Source: a virus
Taxonomy: Duplodnaviria > Caudoviricetes
DNA: 53,698 nucleotides
Strand: one strand, 5' to 3'
IMG/VR virus record: IMGVR_UViG_3300028802_000020
Span: 1 to 53,698 of that record
Position numbers and translations under genes: made by a program. Under the pieces are notes generated by a model. That model searched no databases, was not told where the DNA came from, and saw only the letters and a list, made by a program, of their open reading frames with translations. Positions 34,666-43,595 of the stretch are shown here, one piece after another (position 1 is the first letter of the stretch; each line of letters starts with the position of its first letter).

Positions 34666-34905
34666 TCAGACCGAATCGCGGGACGCGGGACGCCGCCGCG
34701 CCTGCCACGCATCCACCGTCTCGGGCCACCAGAACGGCGTGCGCCCGTCGATCTCCCCGTCGTGCCGCGGTGCAGGGTTCGTCTTCGGCAATTGCCGCGA
34801 CACGTAGGAGTGCCACGTCTCCGGCGAGATCCCGACCCGCGCAGCCACTTGCGCGCGCAGCAGAACACGCCGCCCGTTCACGATGATCTCGTCGCCGCTC
34901 GCCAC
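34666..34905 (-). CDS. AlpA/excisionase-like HTH protein
   Basis: AQVAARVGISPETWHSYVSR..P..DG..GRTPFW..ETVDAW; CAGACT -10 seven nt before GTG. Confidence 0.65.
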   Translation of the reverse strand: MASGDEIIVNGRRVLLRAQVAARVGISPETWHSYVSRQLPKTNPAPRHDGEIDGRTPFWWPETVDAWQARRRPASRDSV

Positions 34906-35048
34906 GATCCCAAGTCTGCACGCCGTGCGGTGCATCCGGCAACTCGCCGGAACGGGCGGGTTGATCCGGTCGAGCCGGATCGGTCGATCGGACCTTCCTG
35001 CACTGCTTTCCTGCGCGACCGCCTCGGCTGGCGCTAGTCTCCGCACGC

Positions 35049-35369
35049 ATGACGCAACCCGAACAAGAGCCGATACCGCAGCGCATCGAGTTCACCGCCA
35101 CTCCCGAGGTTGAGGCCGGCACCTACGCGAACTTCGTCGGCGTGTGGAACCTGCCGGACTGCTTCGTCCTGGACTTCTCGGTCTTCACCCAGGCGCCAAG
35201 GCTCGCGGAGGATGACGACGGCAAGCCGTTCGTGCACATGCCTGCCCGGGTCGTGTCTCGTGTCCGCATTCCGCCAATTCAGGTCTTCGAGTTGATGAAG
35301 GCGTTGAACCTTCAACTCGCTGCCTGGGAAGAGCACACTGGGAACAAGCGCCCCGACCCCGACCAATGA
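35049..35369 (+). CDS. DUF3467-like protein
   Basis: GTYANF..V..FVLDF..VVSRVRIPP..L..AL. Confidence 0.75.
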   Translation: MTQPEQEPIPQRIEFTATPEVEAGTYANFVGVWNLPDCFVLDFSVFTQAPRLAEDDDGKPFVHMPARVVSRVRIPPIQVFELMKALNLQLAAWEEHTGNKRPDPDQ

Positions 35370-35379
35370 GGAGACCGCG

Positions 35380-35538
35380 ATGACCGCCATGACCACGGTG
35401 ACGACCACGGCCACCACGGACGCCCTGCCGCTGCCCATGGTCAAACGGCCGGGTATCGAGATCGTGTACAAGCCCTCACCGGCGCCGGTGATCTACACCG
35501 CCGAGCCGCATGCCCCGACACCCCGCGACACGAAGTAG
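35380..35538 (+). CDS. 52-aa hypothetical protein
   Basis: GAGGAG RBS; Thr-rich N-terminus. Confidence 0.4.
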   Translation: MTAMTTVTTTATTDALPLPMVKRPGIEIVYKPSPAPVIYTAEPHAPTPRDTK

Positions 35539-35570
35539 CAACCGACACCCCCATCGCAGCTCGAACGACA

Positions 35571-35606
35571 CCGGCGCTGCGGCCTCTTCGGAGGTGCGGC
35601 GCCGGT
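35571..35606. terminator. hairpin between convergent genes
   Basis: CCGGCGCTGC..CCTCTTCGGAGG..GCGGCGCCGG with the same CTTCGG loop as 32961. Confidence 0.6.
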
Positions 35607-35610
35607 TGGT

Positions 35611-35817
35611 CTAGATCGACCCACCCGGTGGATGCCACCCACGACGCACCGGCTCCGCAAACGCCTTCCCGTCCCAGCACCGACCGTCCTCGGACGCGAT
35701 GTGGAGCCAGATCAGCCCCTGCCAGATCGGCTCGAAGCAGTGCCGGCACAGGACCGCAGCAGGTGGCGGAGTCCACTCCGTGACGCTCTTCGGAGCCCGC
35801 TCGTCCGCCTCGGCCAT
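35611..35817 (-). CDS. small CxxC protein
   Basis: CRHC..PI..W.H..C..AEP motif. Confidence 0.55.
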   Translation of the reverse strand: MAEADERAPKSVTEWTPPPAAVLCRHCFEPIWQGLIWLHIASEDGRCWDGKAFAEPVRRGWHPPGGSI

Positions 35818-36097
35818 GAGCCCCGATCCTTTCGATGAGCTTTTGGTAGCGCAGGTACGGCACCGGCCTTCCTGACGCGGCACCGCACCTGCGGCTTGTG
35901 GTCCAGGTCGACACGGGCGGGTGGGCCGGTCCGGCTCGCAGTCGAGCTATGCGCGGAAATCCACTTCCCGCCCGCGTCTACCTGGTGTGCCACCGGAGCG
36001 GCCGACGGTCGCAGTGAGAGAGGCAGCCGCCCCGGTGGTGGGAGAACCAACCGGGGTCCCTCGGCCGCCAAGCTTCGGGAGGGTGGTTCCGCGATCC

Positions 36098-36126
36098 AAG
36101 TTAGACGACTAAGCTGTCTAAGACAA
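36098..36126 (-). promoter_or_regulatory. leftward promoter with inverted-repeat operator
   Basis: TTGTCT-17-TAACTT on the minus strand; TTAGAC-N9-GTCTAA palindrome 36101-36121. Confidence 0.6.
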
Positions 36127-36192
36127 CCACGTGTTGAGGGAAAGGCACACCCCGTGATCGAATTGGCGAGCCGCCAAGCACCGGGAGTCGCC

Positions 36193-36441
36193 ATGCCCTC
36201 GACCGAGGCCGACTATGAACGCGTCTTCAACGGGATCTCCAGCAAGATCGCAGCGAAGAAGAAGGACTACCTGCCCGGGGACAAGTTGCCGACCATCGCC
36301 GCGCTGGCGGTCGAGTACGTCACCAGCGAGACGACGGTGAAGACCGCGCTGGTCCTGCTGCGGCAGGCCGGGTGGACGATCGGCCGACAGGGCAAGGGAA
36401 CGTTCGTTGCCGAACGTCCACCGATAGTTGCCGACAGCTAA
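36193..36441 (+). CDS. GntR-family winged-HTH regulator (DNA-binding domain only)
   Basis: PGDKLPTIAALA.EY..S..TV..AL..L...G....QGKGTFV. Confidence 0.85.
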   Translation: MPSTEADYERVFNGISSKIAAKKKDYLPGDKLPTIAALAVEYVTSETTVKTALVLLRQAGWTIGRQGKGTFVAERPPIVADS

Positions 36442-36607
36442 CGGAACGCTGTCATCCGTTCGGGGGATTGAGCGATTCTTTAACGTTTGGTTACGGTCCG
36501 ATCAACACCCCGTCAGACACCCCGTTTGATCTGACACCCCAGGCGTCGAGCCGAGACCCCGCTCCCACCTGTCCCCGGACTCTGCGACAGGGAAGGAGCG
36601 CCGACGT

Positions 36608-36928
36608 ATGCCCAAAAGACCCCGCGTCTTGATCTACGTCCGCGGTTTATCCGAGGAACGCGACGAGCAGGCCGACCAGTGTGCCCGGTACATCGAGGAG
36701 CGCAGTTATCGACTCGTCGGTGTGGCGTCCGACGAGCCGCCGTTTCGGGACGGCTGGGTCGACGCCGAGCAGATGCTGAACGCCGGCGAAGTCGACCGGA
36801 TCATCCTGGTCAGCGCCGCGAACATCCCCGAGGATCTGGAGTCGGTGACCGGCGGTCTGCCGGCCGGGCAGTTCACCCGGCCGGCAGAGCAGCGGGTCAA
36901 GCCTGTGCGGCGGGGCGGGGAAGCATAG
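36608..36928 (+). CDS. truncated resolvase/serine-recombinase-like domain protein
   Basis: GGAAGGAG RBS; LIYVR..Q...C..Y......V....D..GEVDRIILVS. Confidence 0.55.
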   Translation: MPKRPRVLIYVRGLSEERDEQADQCARYIEERSYRLVGVASDEPPFRDGWVDAEQMLNAGEVDRIILVSAANIPEDLESVTGGLPAGQFTRPAEQRVKPVRRGGEA

Positions 36929-37784
36929 CCCGCGCGGCCCGCTGCTGCTCGGCCGTCGCTTTGGTGTAGATCTGCGTCGACTGCAGCGACTCGTGCCCGA
37001 GAACCTCCTGCGTCACGCGCACGTCCTTGTAGGCCGCCTGGGTGCGCACACCGAGCCAGTGCCGGAACCGGTGCATCGACACGCCCGGCATGCCCAGCCG
37101 GCGCCGGAAGTAGACGGCCGAGGTCGAGGAGACGTAGAACGCCGTCGCCCGCGTCCCGGTACGTGGGTCGACGGCGACCGGCCCGGGCGGCAGGTCCTGG
37201 ACCGCTGCCCAGACAAGCGGGTCGGTGTCGTGGATCCGCGGTTTGCCGCCCTTGCCCTTGACGACGCGGAGCAGCTGCTCGGTGATGTGCTCCCGGTCCA
37301 GTCGGGAGATTTCGATGCAGCGCAGGCCCTGGAAGGCGGCGATCGTGGCCCACAGCCGGTAGGGCTGCCGGGCCTCGTCGAGGATCCGCCAGAGTTGCTC
37401 GTCCTCGACGTCCCGGGCGATGCCGCGCACGGTGCGGACCGGTGTCATGTACAGGGTGGGGTTGTCGTCGAGCCACCGGTCACGAGGGTCGGCCGCCCAC
37501 GTGTAGAAGCTCTTCAGCGCCGTCCAGTAGGTGGCCTTGGTGTTCTGCGTCCACCGCTCCTCGTCCGGGTGGGCGGCCTCCCAGCGCTCGTCGTGGAGCC
37601 ATTCCTCGAGCTCGTCCTGGCAGGTGTGGTCCACGCCGTACGGCAGTTGCCGCTGGAGCCGGCAGAGGATTTCGCGGCGGCCGTCGATGGTGGCGTCGGT
37701 GAAGGAGTTGCGTGCGAGGTGCTTGAGGTAGCTCTCGATCATCTCCATCCCGTCACCGTCCACCGCCGATGTCTGGAAGGCCAT
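36897..37784 (-). CDS. int: tyrosine integrase
   Basis: GLRCIEI (R), KGKGGK (K), HRFRH (HxxR), LGH, TQIY (Y). Confidence 0.95.
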   Translation of the reverse strand: MAFQTSAVDGDGMEMIESYLKHLARNSFTDATIDGRREILCRLQRQLPYGVDHTCQDELEEWLHDERWEAAHPDEERWTQNTKATYWTALKSFYTWAADPRDRWLDDNPTLYMTPVRTVRGIARDVEDEQLWRILDEARQPYRLWATIAAFQGLRCIEISRLDREHITEQLLRVVKGKGGKPRIHDTDPLVWAAVQDLPPGPVAVDPRTGTRATAFYVSSTSAVYFRRRLGMPGVSMHRFRHWLGVRTQAAYKDVRVTQEVLGHESLQSTQIYTKATAEQQRAARAMLPRPAAQA

Positions 37785-37790
37785 CGGGCG

Positions 37791-38219
37791 TCAATCCCCT
37801 GTTGAGGTGGCGTGCCGCGGAACTCTGACCGTTCGGCGGCCGCCGGGGTGCCGGGGCTCCGCGGGGTAACCGGACGGCCGATTGCCGTGCGTCCGGTGCG
37901 GGGTGTGGATGGGCTCTTCGGTCAGAGGCAGGTACGGTGCGATAGCTGGCCCGCCGCCGATATCGCCAGGTCGGCGCCCACGGAGCAACCAAGTCGCGTC
38001 GATCCCTAGCCCGGCCTCGATGGCATCGGCGACCTCGACGCGATCCCGCGGCTTGCGGCCGTCCTCCCAGTGCGCCCAGTTGCCGGCGTTCAGCCCGCAC
38101 ATCGCCGCGGCCTTCTCGATGCTCAGCCGTCCTGCGTGGTGGCGAGCGAGGACAAGCCGAGCGGCGAACGTGTCTGTTGGCACGCTCGGTCGCGTCCGTT
38201 CCTCAATGTTCGCGGTCAT
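37791..38219 (-). CDS. immunity repressor (XRE HTH)
   Basis: FAARLVLARH..LSIEKAAAMCGL...W.HWEDG; divergent from Cro, directly upstream of int. Confidence 0.85.
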   Translation of the reverse strand: MTANIEERTRPSVPTDTFAARLVLARHHAGRLSIEKAAAMCGLNAGNWAHWEDGRKPRDRVEVADAIEAGLGIDATWLLRGRRPGDIGGGPAIAPYLPLTEEPIHTPHRTHGNRPSGYPAEPRHPGGRRTVRVPRHATSTGD

Positions 38220-38345
38220 GGCGCAAGTGTGGCACTCAACCACAAGTCCGGCAACACGCTAAATGCGACAGGTTCCAAAGAAGCCGTCAGAACTGAGCAC
38301 ACCCGTGGGATTGACACTGAAGCGTGGCAGTGCCACTCTTGCGTG
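38220..38345. promoter_or_regulatory. divergent leaderless promoters with shared operator-like sequence
   Basis: left TTGCCG-17-CACACT-6-ATG; right TTGACA-17-CACTCT; both carry AGTGCCAC(A/T)CTTGCG. Confidence 0.75.
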
Positions 38346-38558
38346 GTGATCGAGCCAACCGAACGTAGCAGCCTCTACAAGGCGGTCGAGCGACTCCTCA
38401 GCGAGGACCTGGGAACGCTCGTGACCTCCCGCCGCCAGTACCAGTACCCGTGGGCCGCAATCGCCCGTGAGGTGTCGGACAAGTCCGGCGTCGAAGTGAG
38501 CGACGAGTCGCTGCGCCGGTGGTTCGACACCGACACCGCCGAGCGGACCGCGGCATGA
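38346..38558 (+). CDS. Cro-like HTH protein
   Basis: WAAIAREVSDKSGVEVSDESLRRWF; first gene of the rightward operon; start may be 38343. Confidence 0.75.
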   Translation: MIEPTERSSLYKAVERLLSEDLGTLVTSRRQYQYPWAAIAREVSDKSGVEVSDESLRRWFDTDTAERTAA

Positions 38559-38866
38559 CCACACCGAAGCTCCGCGATGACGAGATCGCGATGACCGCCC
38601 AGCCGCGGGCCTCGTGCGTGACGACGACCCGCAAGATGCCGAACCAGCGCTTCCACTACGTAGCCGGCGGCTGGGCCATCTGGCGCCGCACCGCTGAAGG
38701 AAACCGCGTCCCGGTACGGCTGGCCGTGCACACGCTGTGCCGGCAGTGGATTTCAATGCCGGTCCTGCTCGACGACGCACCGTCCGCCGAGATCTGTGAC
38801 CTGTGCATGCTGCACCAGGATCGAGTCTGGGCCGCCCGGACGGCATCGGGCCAGGTGGATTTCTGA
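38555..38866 (+). CDS. hypothetical Cys/His protein
   Basis: coupled; H..LC..ICDLC. Confidence 0.6.
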   Translation: MTTPKLRDDEIAMTAQPRASCVTTTRKMPNQRFHYVAGGWAIWRRTAEGNRVPVRLAVHTLCRQWISMPVLLDDAPSAEICDLCMLHQDRVWAARTASGQVDF

Positions 38867-39972
38867 TGGCCGCCAAGAGCACGGGCTACAGGAAGCTCTC
38901 CGGTGCCGAGCAGCGCGCGCTCGCTGAGCAACTGGCGACGGCCCAGGTCGATCACATCGAACGGGCCAAGAGCCGCGAGATGGCGATGGTGGCGAACCTC
39001 GGCCGCTTCGCTGACGAGTGCCGCTGGTTCATGGCCAACAAGGTCTGGCTGACGCTCGGCTACGAGACGTTCGTCGAGTGGTGGGCCGACCGGATCACGC
39101 CGGTCGTGGAGACGCTCGGCCTGACGCCCGGCCCGGAGCTTGCACAGATGGCGATCGAGGCGATCCGGAAGGAAGAGGAGGGTCTGCCTGCGGCGCAGCG
39201 CCACACCAAGAAGGCGATCGCGTCGATCGTCGGTGTTGGTGAGTGGAAGGTTCGAGGTCGCCAAGATCAACGTCAGCGGCGGCCCACCGCTGGGGCCGAT
39301 CTTGAGAACGCGGCCGGGGTCATCGACGGAGAGCTCGTCGCCGAGAAGGCCGCCCTCGTCGACGGGATGCGCGCCGCGATCGAAAGCGCCGAGGAGAACC
39401 AGAAGAACGCCCAGAACTCCACCGGTGGCGCACCGGTGGACGGGAAGCCGGGCGCCACCGGCTCCTCGGCCGGACCCGTTGATGTTTCGCGGCTCGACGG
39501 GTCCGGCACCCCAAACTCTCCGGCTGACCAAACCCCGCCGTCAGATACGGCGGAGGAGCCCTTGGATCTGGCGCGCGCTGGTGACACCGGCGGTCAGCCG
39601 GAGCAGGCCCACCGGGACGCGATTCCCGGTGAAGCGGAGGACGAAGGCCCCACGGGTGGCGAGTCCTCCGATGCGGCAGACGTTCGAGCGTCGGCCGCGC
39701 AGACCGAGGTGGAGGTTCCGACCCCCGTCGACCCCTCCGTCTCGGTCAACGGACGGCAGCAGCAGGGAGGGACTGGGGTGTCAGGCCCTGCTGCTGCCGT
39801 ACCGGAGTGGCTCGTCCGGGTCTCAGCCGTCATCGCCGCAGTCGACGAACTCGCCAAAGAGGACCCGGCCGAGGTCGGTCAGTTCATCGGTGAGGTGTTC
39901 GGCCACGACCTCGGCGCCACCTACGACCTGTTCCACGACTGGTACCTGCGGATGCGAGACGCCACCCCTTAA
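38866..39972 (+). CDS. hypothetical protein with HTH-like region and long disordered linker
   Basis: W.TLGYETF.EW motif, KKAIASIVGVGEWKV HTH-like segment. Confidence 0.65.
   Translation: MAAKSTGYRKLSGAEQRALAEQLATAQVDHIERAKSREMAMVANLGRFADECRWFMANKVWLTLGYETFVEWWADRITPVVETLGLTPGPELAQMAIEAIRKEEEGLPAAQRHTKKAIASIVGVGEWKVRGRQDQRQRRPTAGADLENAAGVIDGELVAEKAALVDGMRAAIESAEENQKNAQNSTGGAPVDGKPGATGSSAGPVDVSRLDGSGTPNSPADQTPPSDTAEEPLDLARAGDTGGQPEQAHRDAIPGEAEDEGPTGGESSDAADVRASAAQTEVEVPTPVDPSVSVNGRQQQGGTGVSGPAAAVPEWLVRVSAVIAAVDELAKEDPAEVGQFIGEVFGHDLGATYDLFHDWYLRMRDATP
39418..39800. repeat. array of nine back-to-back stem-loops within the CDS
   Basis: stems checked by eye, including 10, 14, 12, 8, 8 and 15 bp. 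Confidence 0.7.
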
Positions 39973-39992
39973 GCCCCGGGCCGTTCCCGGAA

Positions 39993-40361
39993 ATGTCCAC
40001 ATTGGATTGGAGCACCGTGCCCACAGACAAAGAGCAGCCGCGCGACTTTGCCGCAGCGCTGCTTGAGATCGGCAGCGGAAGGCTGCACACGCGGCTCTCC
40101 GAACAGCTCGCCGAGATCACGAAGGCGGTGTCGGAGACCGGCAAGAAGGGCGTCCTGACGCTGAAGATCGAGGTCAAGCCGCTGCCGAAGGCCGACTCGA
40201 AGACCCTCGTGGTCACCGGCTCGTCCACGTCGAAGGCGCCCGAGTCCGACGACTGCTCGCCGACCTCGGTGTTCTTCGCCGACGAGGACGGCAACCTGTC
40301 CCGCTCCGACCCGCGCCAGATGCAACTGCCGCTGCGCATGCCCACGAAGGAAACCTCATGA
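39993..40361 (+). CDS. YfdP-like phage protein
   Basis: AV.ETGKKG.LTL.I..FF.DEDGNLSR.DPRQ..L; paired with DUF2303. Confidence 0.7.
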   Translation: MSTLDWSTVPTDKEQPRDFAAALLEIGSGRLHTRLSEQLAEITKAVSETGKKGVLTLKIEVKPLPKADSKTLVVTGSSTSKAPESDDCSPTSVFFADEDGNLSRSDPRQMQLPLRMPTKETS

Positions 40362-41176
40362 CCCTCGACGGGACTGCTGTCGAAGCCATCTCCGCCCTCG
40401 CCGACAGCGCTGCGCAAGCGGAGCGGCTGGAGCTCGGCGGCTACTACGCCATCACCAGCCGGGACGGCTCCCTGCACCGCATCGACCTCACCGGCGACGA
40501 GCACCGGGACCGGCCGAAGCGGAAGGCCGGAACCGTCGTCGTCCGGGACGTCACCTCGTTCGCCACCTACTGGGCGAAGCACGCCGACCCGGCCGCGTCC
40601 GAGGTGTACGCCGACCGGCAGGAAAGGAAGGTCACTGCGGTCCTCGACGCGCACCGTGAAGACGTCGCCGACTGGCGCGGCCACCGGCTCGTCCTCGGCC
40701 TGCGCCACTCCTCGGCGTTCACCGCCTGGACCGGCAAGGACGGCCAGCCGATGAGCCAGGAGCAGTTCGCCGAGTTCCTCGAGGACAACCGCGTCGACAT
40801 CGCCGACCCGCCCGCCGCCGCCATGCTGGAGATCGCGTCGTCGCTGCAGGCATCGACGAAGGCCGAGTTCGCGGCTGGCATCCGGCTCGCCGACGGACAG
40901 CGGAAGCTCTCATACGTCGAGCAGACCTCAGCCAGTGCGGGCGCTCGCGGTGACCTGACGATCCCTGAGGTCATCACCCTGCACCTGCCGGTGTTCGAAG
41001 GCGCTTCCACCGCCGACCAGTTGACCGCCCGGTTCCGGTACCGGATCAACGGCGGGAAGCTCGCGCTCCACTACGTCCTGGACCGCCCGGCCGACGTGGT
41101 CGCCGCGGCGTTCGAAGGCATCATCGCCGAGATCGCCGACGCCTGCACGACCCCGGTGCTGCGCGGCACCCCGTAG
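40358..41176 (+). CDS. DUF2303 (YfdQ-like) protein
   Basis: AVLD.H..W..HR..L, MSQEQFAEFLEDN, IPE...L.LPVFEG..ARFRYR. Confidence 0.85.
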   Translation: MTLDGTAVEAISALADSAAQAERLELGGYYAITSRDGSLHRIDLTGDEHRDRPKRKAGTVVVRDVTSFATYWAKHADPAASEVYADRQERKVTAVLDAHREDVADWRGHRLVLGLRHSSAFTAWTGKDGQPMSQEQFAEFLEDNRVDIADPPAAAMLEIASSLQASTKAEFAAGIRLADGQRKLSYVEQTSASAGARGDLTIPEVITLHLPVFEGASTADQLTARFRYRINGGKLALHYVLDRPADVVAAAFEGIIAEIADACTTPVLRGTP

Positions 41177-41318
41177 AGACCCCGGACCGAGACGGTTGTC
41201 GCGAGCGACTGGTGAGCCGATCTCCGCCGTTTCGGTCCGGTCTTCCCAACAGACAGAAATGGCGCAGCGCCGCCCATCCGGTGAAGGAACTAGGCGGCGC
41301 CGACGAAAGGAATCGTAC

Positions 41319-41753
41319 ATGAGCAAGCAGATTGTGGACCTCGGCACAGGCCGCCTCACGTGGCCGCGAGTCGAGCGGGTCGGGGACCGGTACGGCGTCG
41401 TCATGCTGATGGCGGACGGCGACTCGATGACCGAGACCAGCCACTACATCAACCCCACCGACCCGCCGATCGATCGGCATGGCTCCCTGATCGCTGAGGT
41501 CGTGGAGATCCGCGAGAGCACCCACATCGGGGACCTGTTCCGGGGGTTCTTCCCCGAGACGCCCGAGGTCGGCGACCGGATCGTCCTCGGTGAGGGCACG
41601 TTCTTCACCGAGGACACCGACTTCGGCGCCGTGGGCATGGGCCTGGCACCCGACGACGACCGCACCACGGACTGGCTCGACCCGAAGCAGCTCTACCGGG
41701 CGCATGAGCAGACCGTGCGGCTGACCTTCGTCGAGGGCGGACCGGACGCATGA
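41319..41753 (+). CDS. hypothetical protein
   Basis: AAAGGA RBS; HIGDLFRG..P, DWLDP..LYR.HEQTV.L. Confidence 0.7.
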   Translation: MSKQIVDLGTGRLTWPRVERVGDRYGVVMLMADGDSMTETSHYINPTDPPIDRHGSLIAEVVEIRESTHIGDLFRGFFPETPEVGDRIVLGEGTFFTEDTDFGAVGMGLAPDDDRTTDWLDPKQLYRAHEQTVRLTFVEGGPDA

Positions 41754-42172
41754 GCTTCTTCAAGAGCAAGAGCGCACCGGGAAACGACGGCAGAGCACGC
41801 CACGACTACAACGGCGCTGCCACCAAACTCACCAAGGCCGAGTGGGCGGACCTCGCGAAGCGGCGGCACGGCACGTACGTGTTCGTCTACCGGGGCATCG
41901 GAACGCCGGGCATGGCGGAGACGGCCACCTACGACCAGGCGATCGAGGTGCACCGGGGCTGCGTGGCGGTCAAGCTGCCCACCGGCGATCACGCCGTCAC
42001 CCCGCACTCGGGCCGCCGCGTGTTCGTGACAGGCCCGGACTACTGCGTCCAGCCCGAGGACCACTCCGACCCGCTGCTCATCGGTGCCGCTGCACTCCAC
42101 GCGGTCCTGTCGCCGGCCGAGTACGCCGCGATCGTTCAAGCCCCTGTCGCTGCTGCTGCCCTGGAGGCGTAA
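41750..42172 (+). CDS. hypothetical protein
   Basis: ATGA-coupled ORF. Confidence 0.6.
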   Translation: MSFFKSKSAPGNDGRARHDYNGAATKLTKAEWADLAKRRHGTYVFVYRGIGTPGMAETATYDQAIEVHRGCVAVKLPTGDHAVTPHSGRRVFVTGPDYCVQPEDHSDPLLIGAAALHAVLSPAEYAAIVQAPVAAAALEA

Positions 42173-42393
42173 TGGACCCCGAAACCGTTGCGGCGCTTGA
42201 CCAAGGCGACGCAGAGTTTTCCGCCGAACTGAGGCACCTGGTGCGGGCAGTCCGCGCTGGCGTGGCCGAGTCCGGTGCGCAGCAGACCGTCTGCAACTTC
42301 ACCGCCTACTTCAACCGGAAGTTGGACCACCTCGTCGTCAGCGCACTGCTCGCGCAAGCCCTGCGGCAACTTGCTGAAGGAGTCGAGTCATGA
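42172..42393 (+). CDS. hypothetical protein
   Basis: GGAGG RBS, TAATG coupling. Confidence 0.55.
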   Translation: MDPETVAALDQGDAEFSAELRHLVRAVRAGVAESGAQQTVCNFTAYFNRKLDHLVVSALLAQALRQLAEGVES

Positions 42394-43595
42394 CCTTCCC
42401 CGATCCCCGTGTCATCCCGGGCTCTGGAGTCCCCGAAGTAGAGCAGGAGCAGCGCCACGACCACGTCTTCGGCGTGCGCTGCCGTCCCGACTGCCCACGC
42501 TGGATGAACCCGGTCCCGCAGCCCGGCTGGGAGACGCCGCAGGACTGGTACTTCACCTTCGGCTCCGACCACACGCACCCCGACACCGGCCAGCGCCTCG
42601 GCCGCAACTACGTCCAGATCTACGGCACCTGCGACGACACCCGGGACGCCATGTTCGCCGTGTTCGGGAACCGGTGGTCACACCAGTACTCCAGCAGCGA
42701 CAAGGCCCGCAGCATCGACGAGTACAACCTCACCGAGGTGCCGATGCCGGGCAAGGCCCAGACGCACGGCCTCGACGACGGCGGACGCACCCAGTGCGGG
42801 CAGCCCGGCGAATCCCTCGACGTCACCGAGTTCCCGGCGTTGGTGTCGTGTGAGGCATGCCTCCTAACGATGGCCCCGCCCGCCAAGGTCTGGCCTGAAG
42901 AGGCTGCCTTCTGGACCGAGGACGCAGACGGAGACCCAGTCCTGCCTGTTGGTGAGGTTGAAGAACGCACCGAGGAAGACTGCCCCGACCTGGGTATCGG
43001 CGATCACGACTGCATCACCCACGCCGAGCCGGAGGTCCAGCAGCTGGCGCAGGCGCTCCGCAGCTTCGGCGACCGGATCGCGCAGGCCATCGGCGACCCC
43101 GGCTCAATCGTCGGCCGCAGCGATGGCAAGGAGACCGTCACCCGCTGGGGAACGCGCGCCGTGCTGCAGGTCCTCACCGAAAGCAACGTCGGACCTCCTT
43201 CCGCTGAAGGCTTTTCGGGAGGTACTGCGGCGCTACGCGCCGACGTAGTGACGCAGGTGCTCGAAGAGGTCGCGAACGCACGCCGGCTCGCTCACACGTA
43301 CGGCCTCGCGAGCGAGAGCTACGCCGCCGGCGCCGACGACGTCGAGCGCTTCGCCGCGCTTCGGGCGATCACGGCCGCCAAGGCGAACCTCACCGCGTCG
43401 TTCGACCGGATTGCTTCTGCAGTGAAGGGAGAGCAGCGGCCGGCGTACGAGGACGGGATGTTCTACCTGCACCAGGACCAGATCAACGCGCTCCACGCCC
43501 TGCTGGCGCTGGTGCACTACGACGACCTGGCCGAGTCCTGGCTGAAGATGCTCCCCGCCGAGCTGCGCCCGCAGGGGCGGGGTGAGCAGCAGTGA
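42390..43595 (+). CDS. multidomain hypothetical protein
   Basis: WYFTFG..H..YV...R..MF..FG..WS.QY domain, then H..CG..VSC..C zinc ribbon. Confidence 0.6.
   Translation: MTFPDPRVIPGSGVPEVEQEQRHDHVFGVRCRPDCPRWMNPVPQPGWETPQDWYFTFGSDHTHPDTGQRLGRNYVQIYGTCDDTRDAMFAVFGNRWSHQYSSSDKARSIDEYNLTEVPMPGKAQTHGLDDGGRTQCGQPGESLDVTEFPALVSCEACLLTMAPPAKVWPEEAAFWTEDADGDPVLPVGEVEERTEEDCPDLGIGDHDCITHAEPEVQQLAQALRSFGDRIAQAIGDPGSIVGRSDGKETVTRWGTRAVLQVLTESNVGPPSAEGFSGGTAALRADVVTQVLEEVANARRLAHTYGLASESYAAGADDVERFAALRAITAAKANLTASFDRIASAVKGEQRPAYEDGMFYLHQDQINALHALLALVHYDDLAESWLKMLPAELRPQGRGEQQ

Noticed and set aside
37791-38000. attP inside the repressor gene (integration-dependent immunity)
   Set aside because: No tRNA-like core is visible and the repressor does not end in an Ala-type tag
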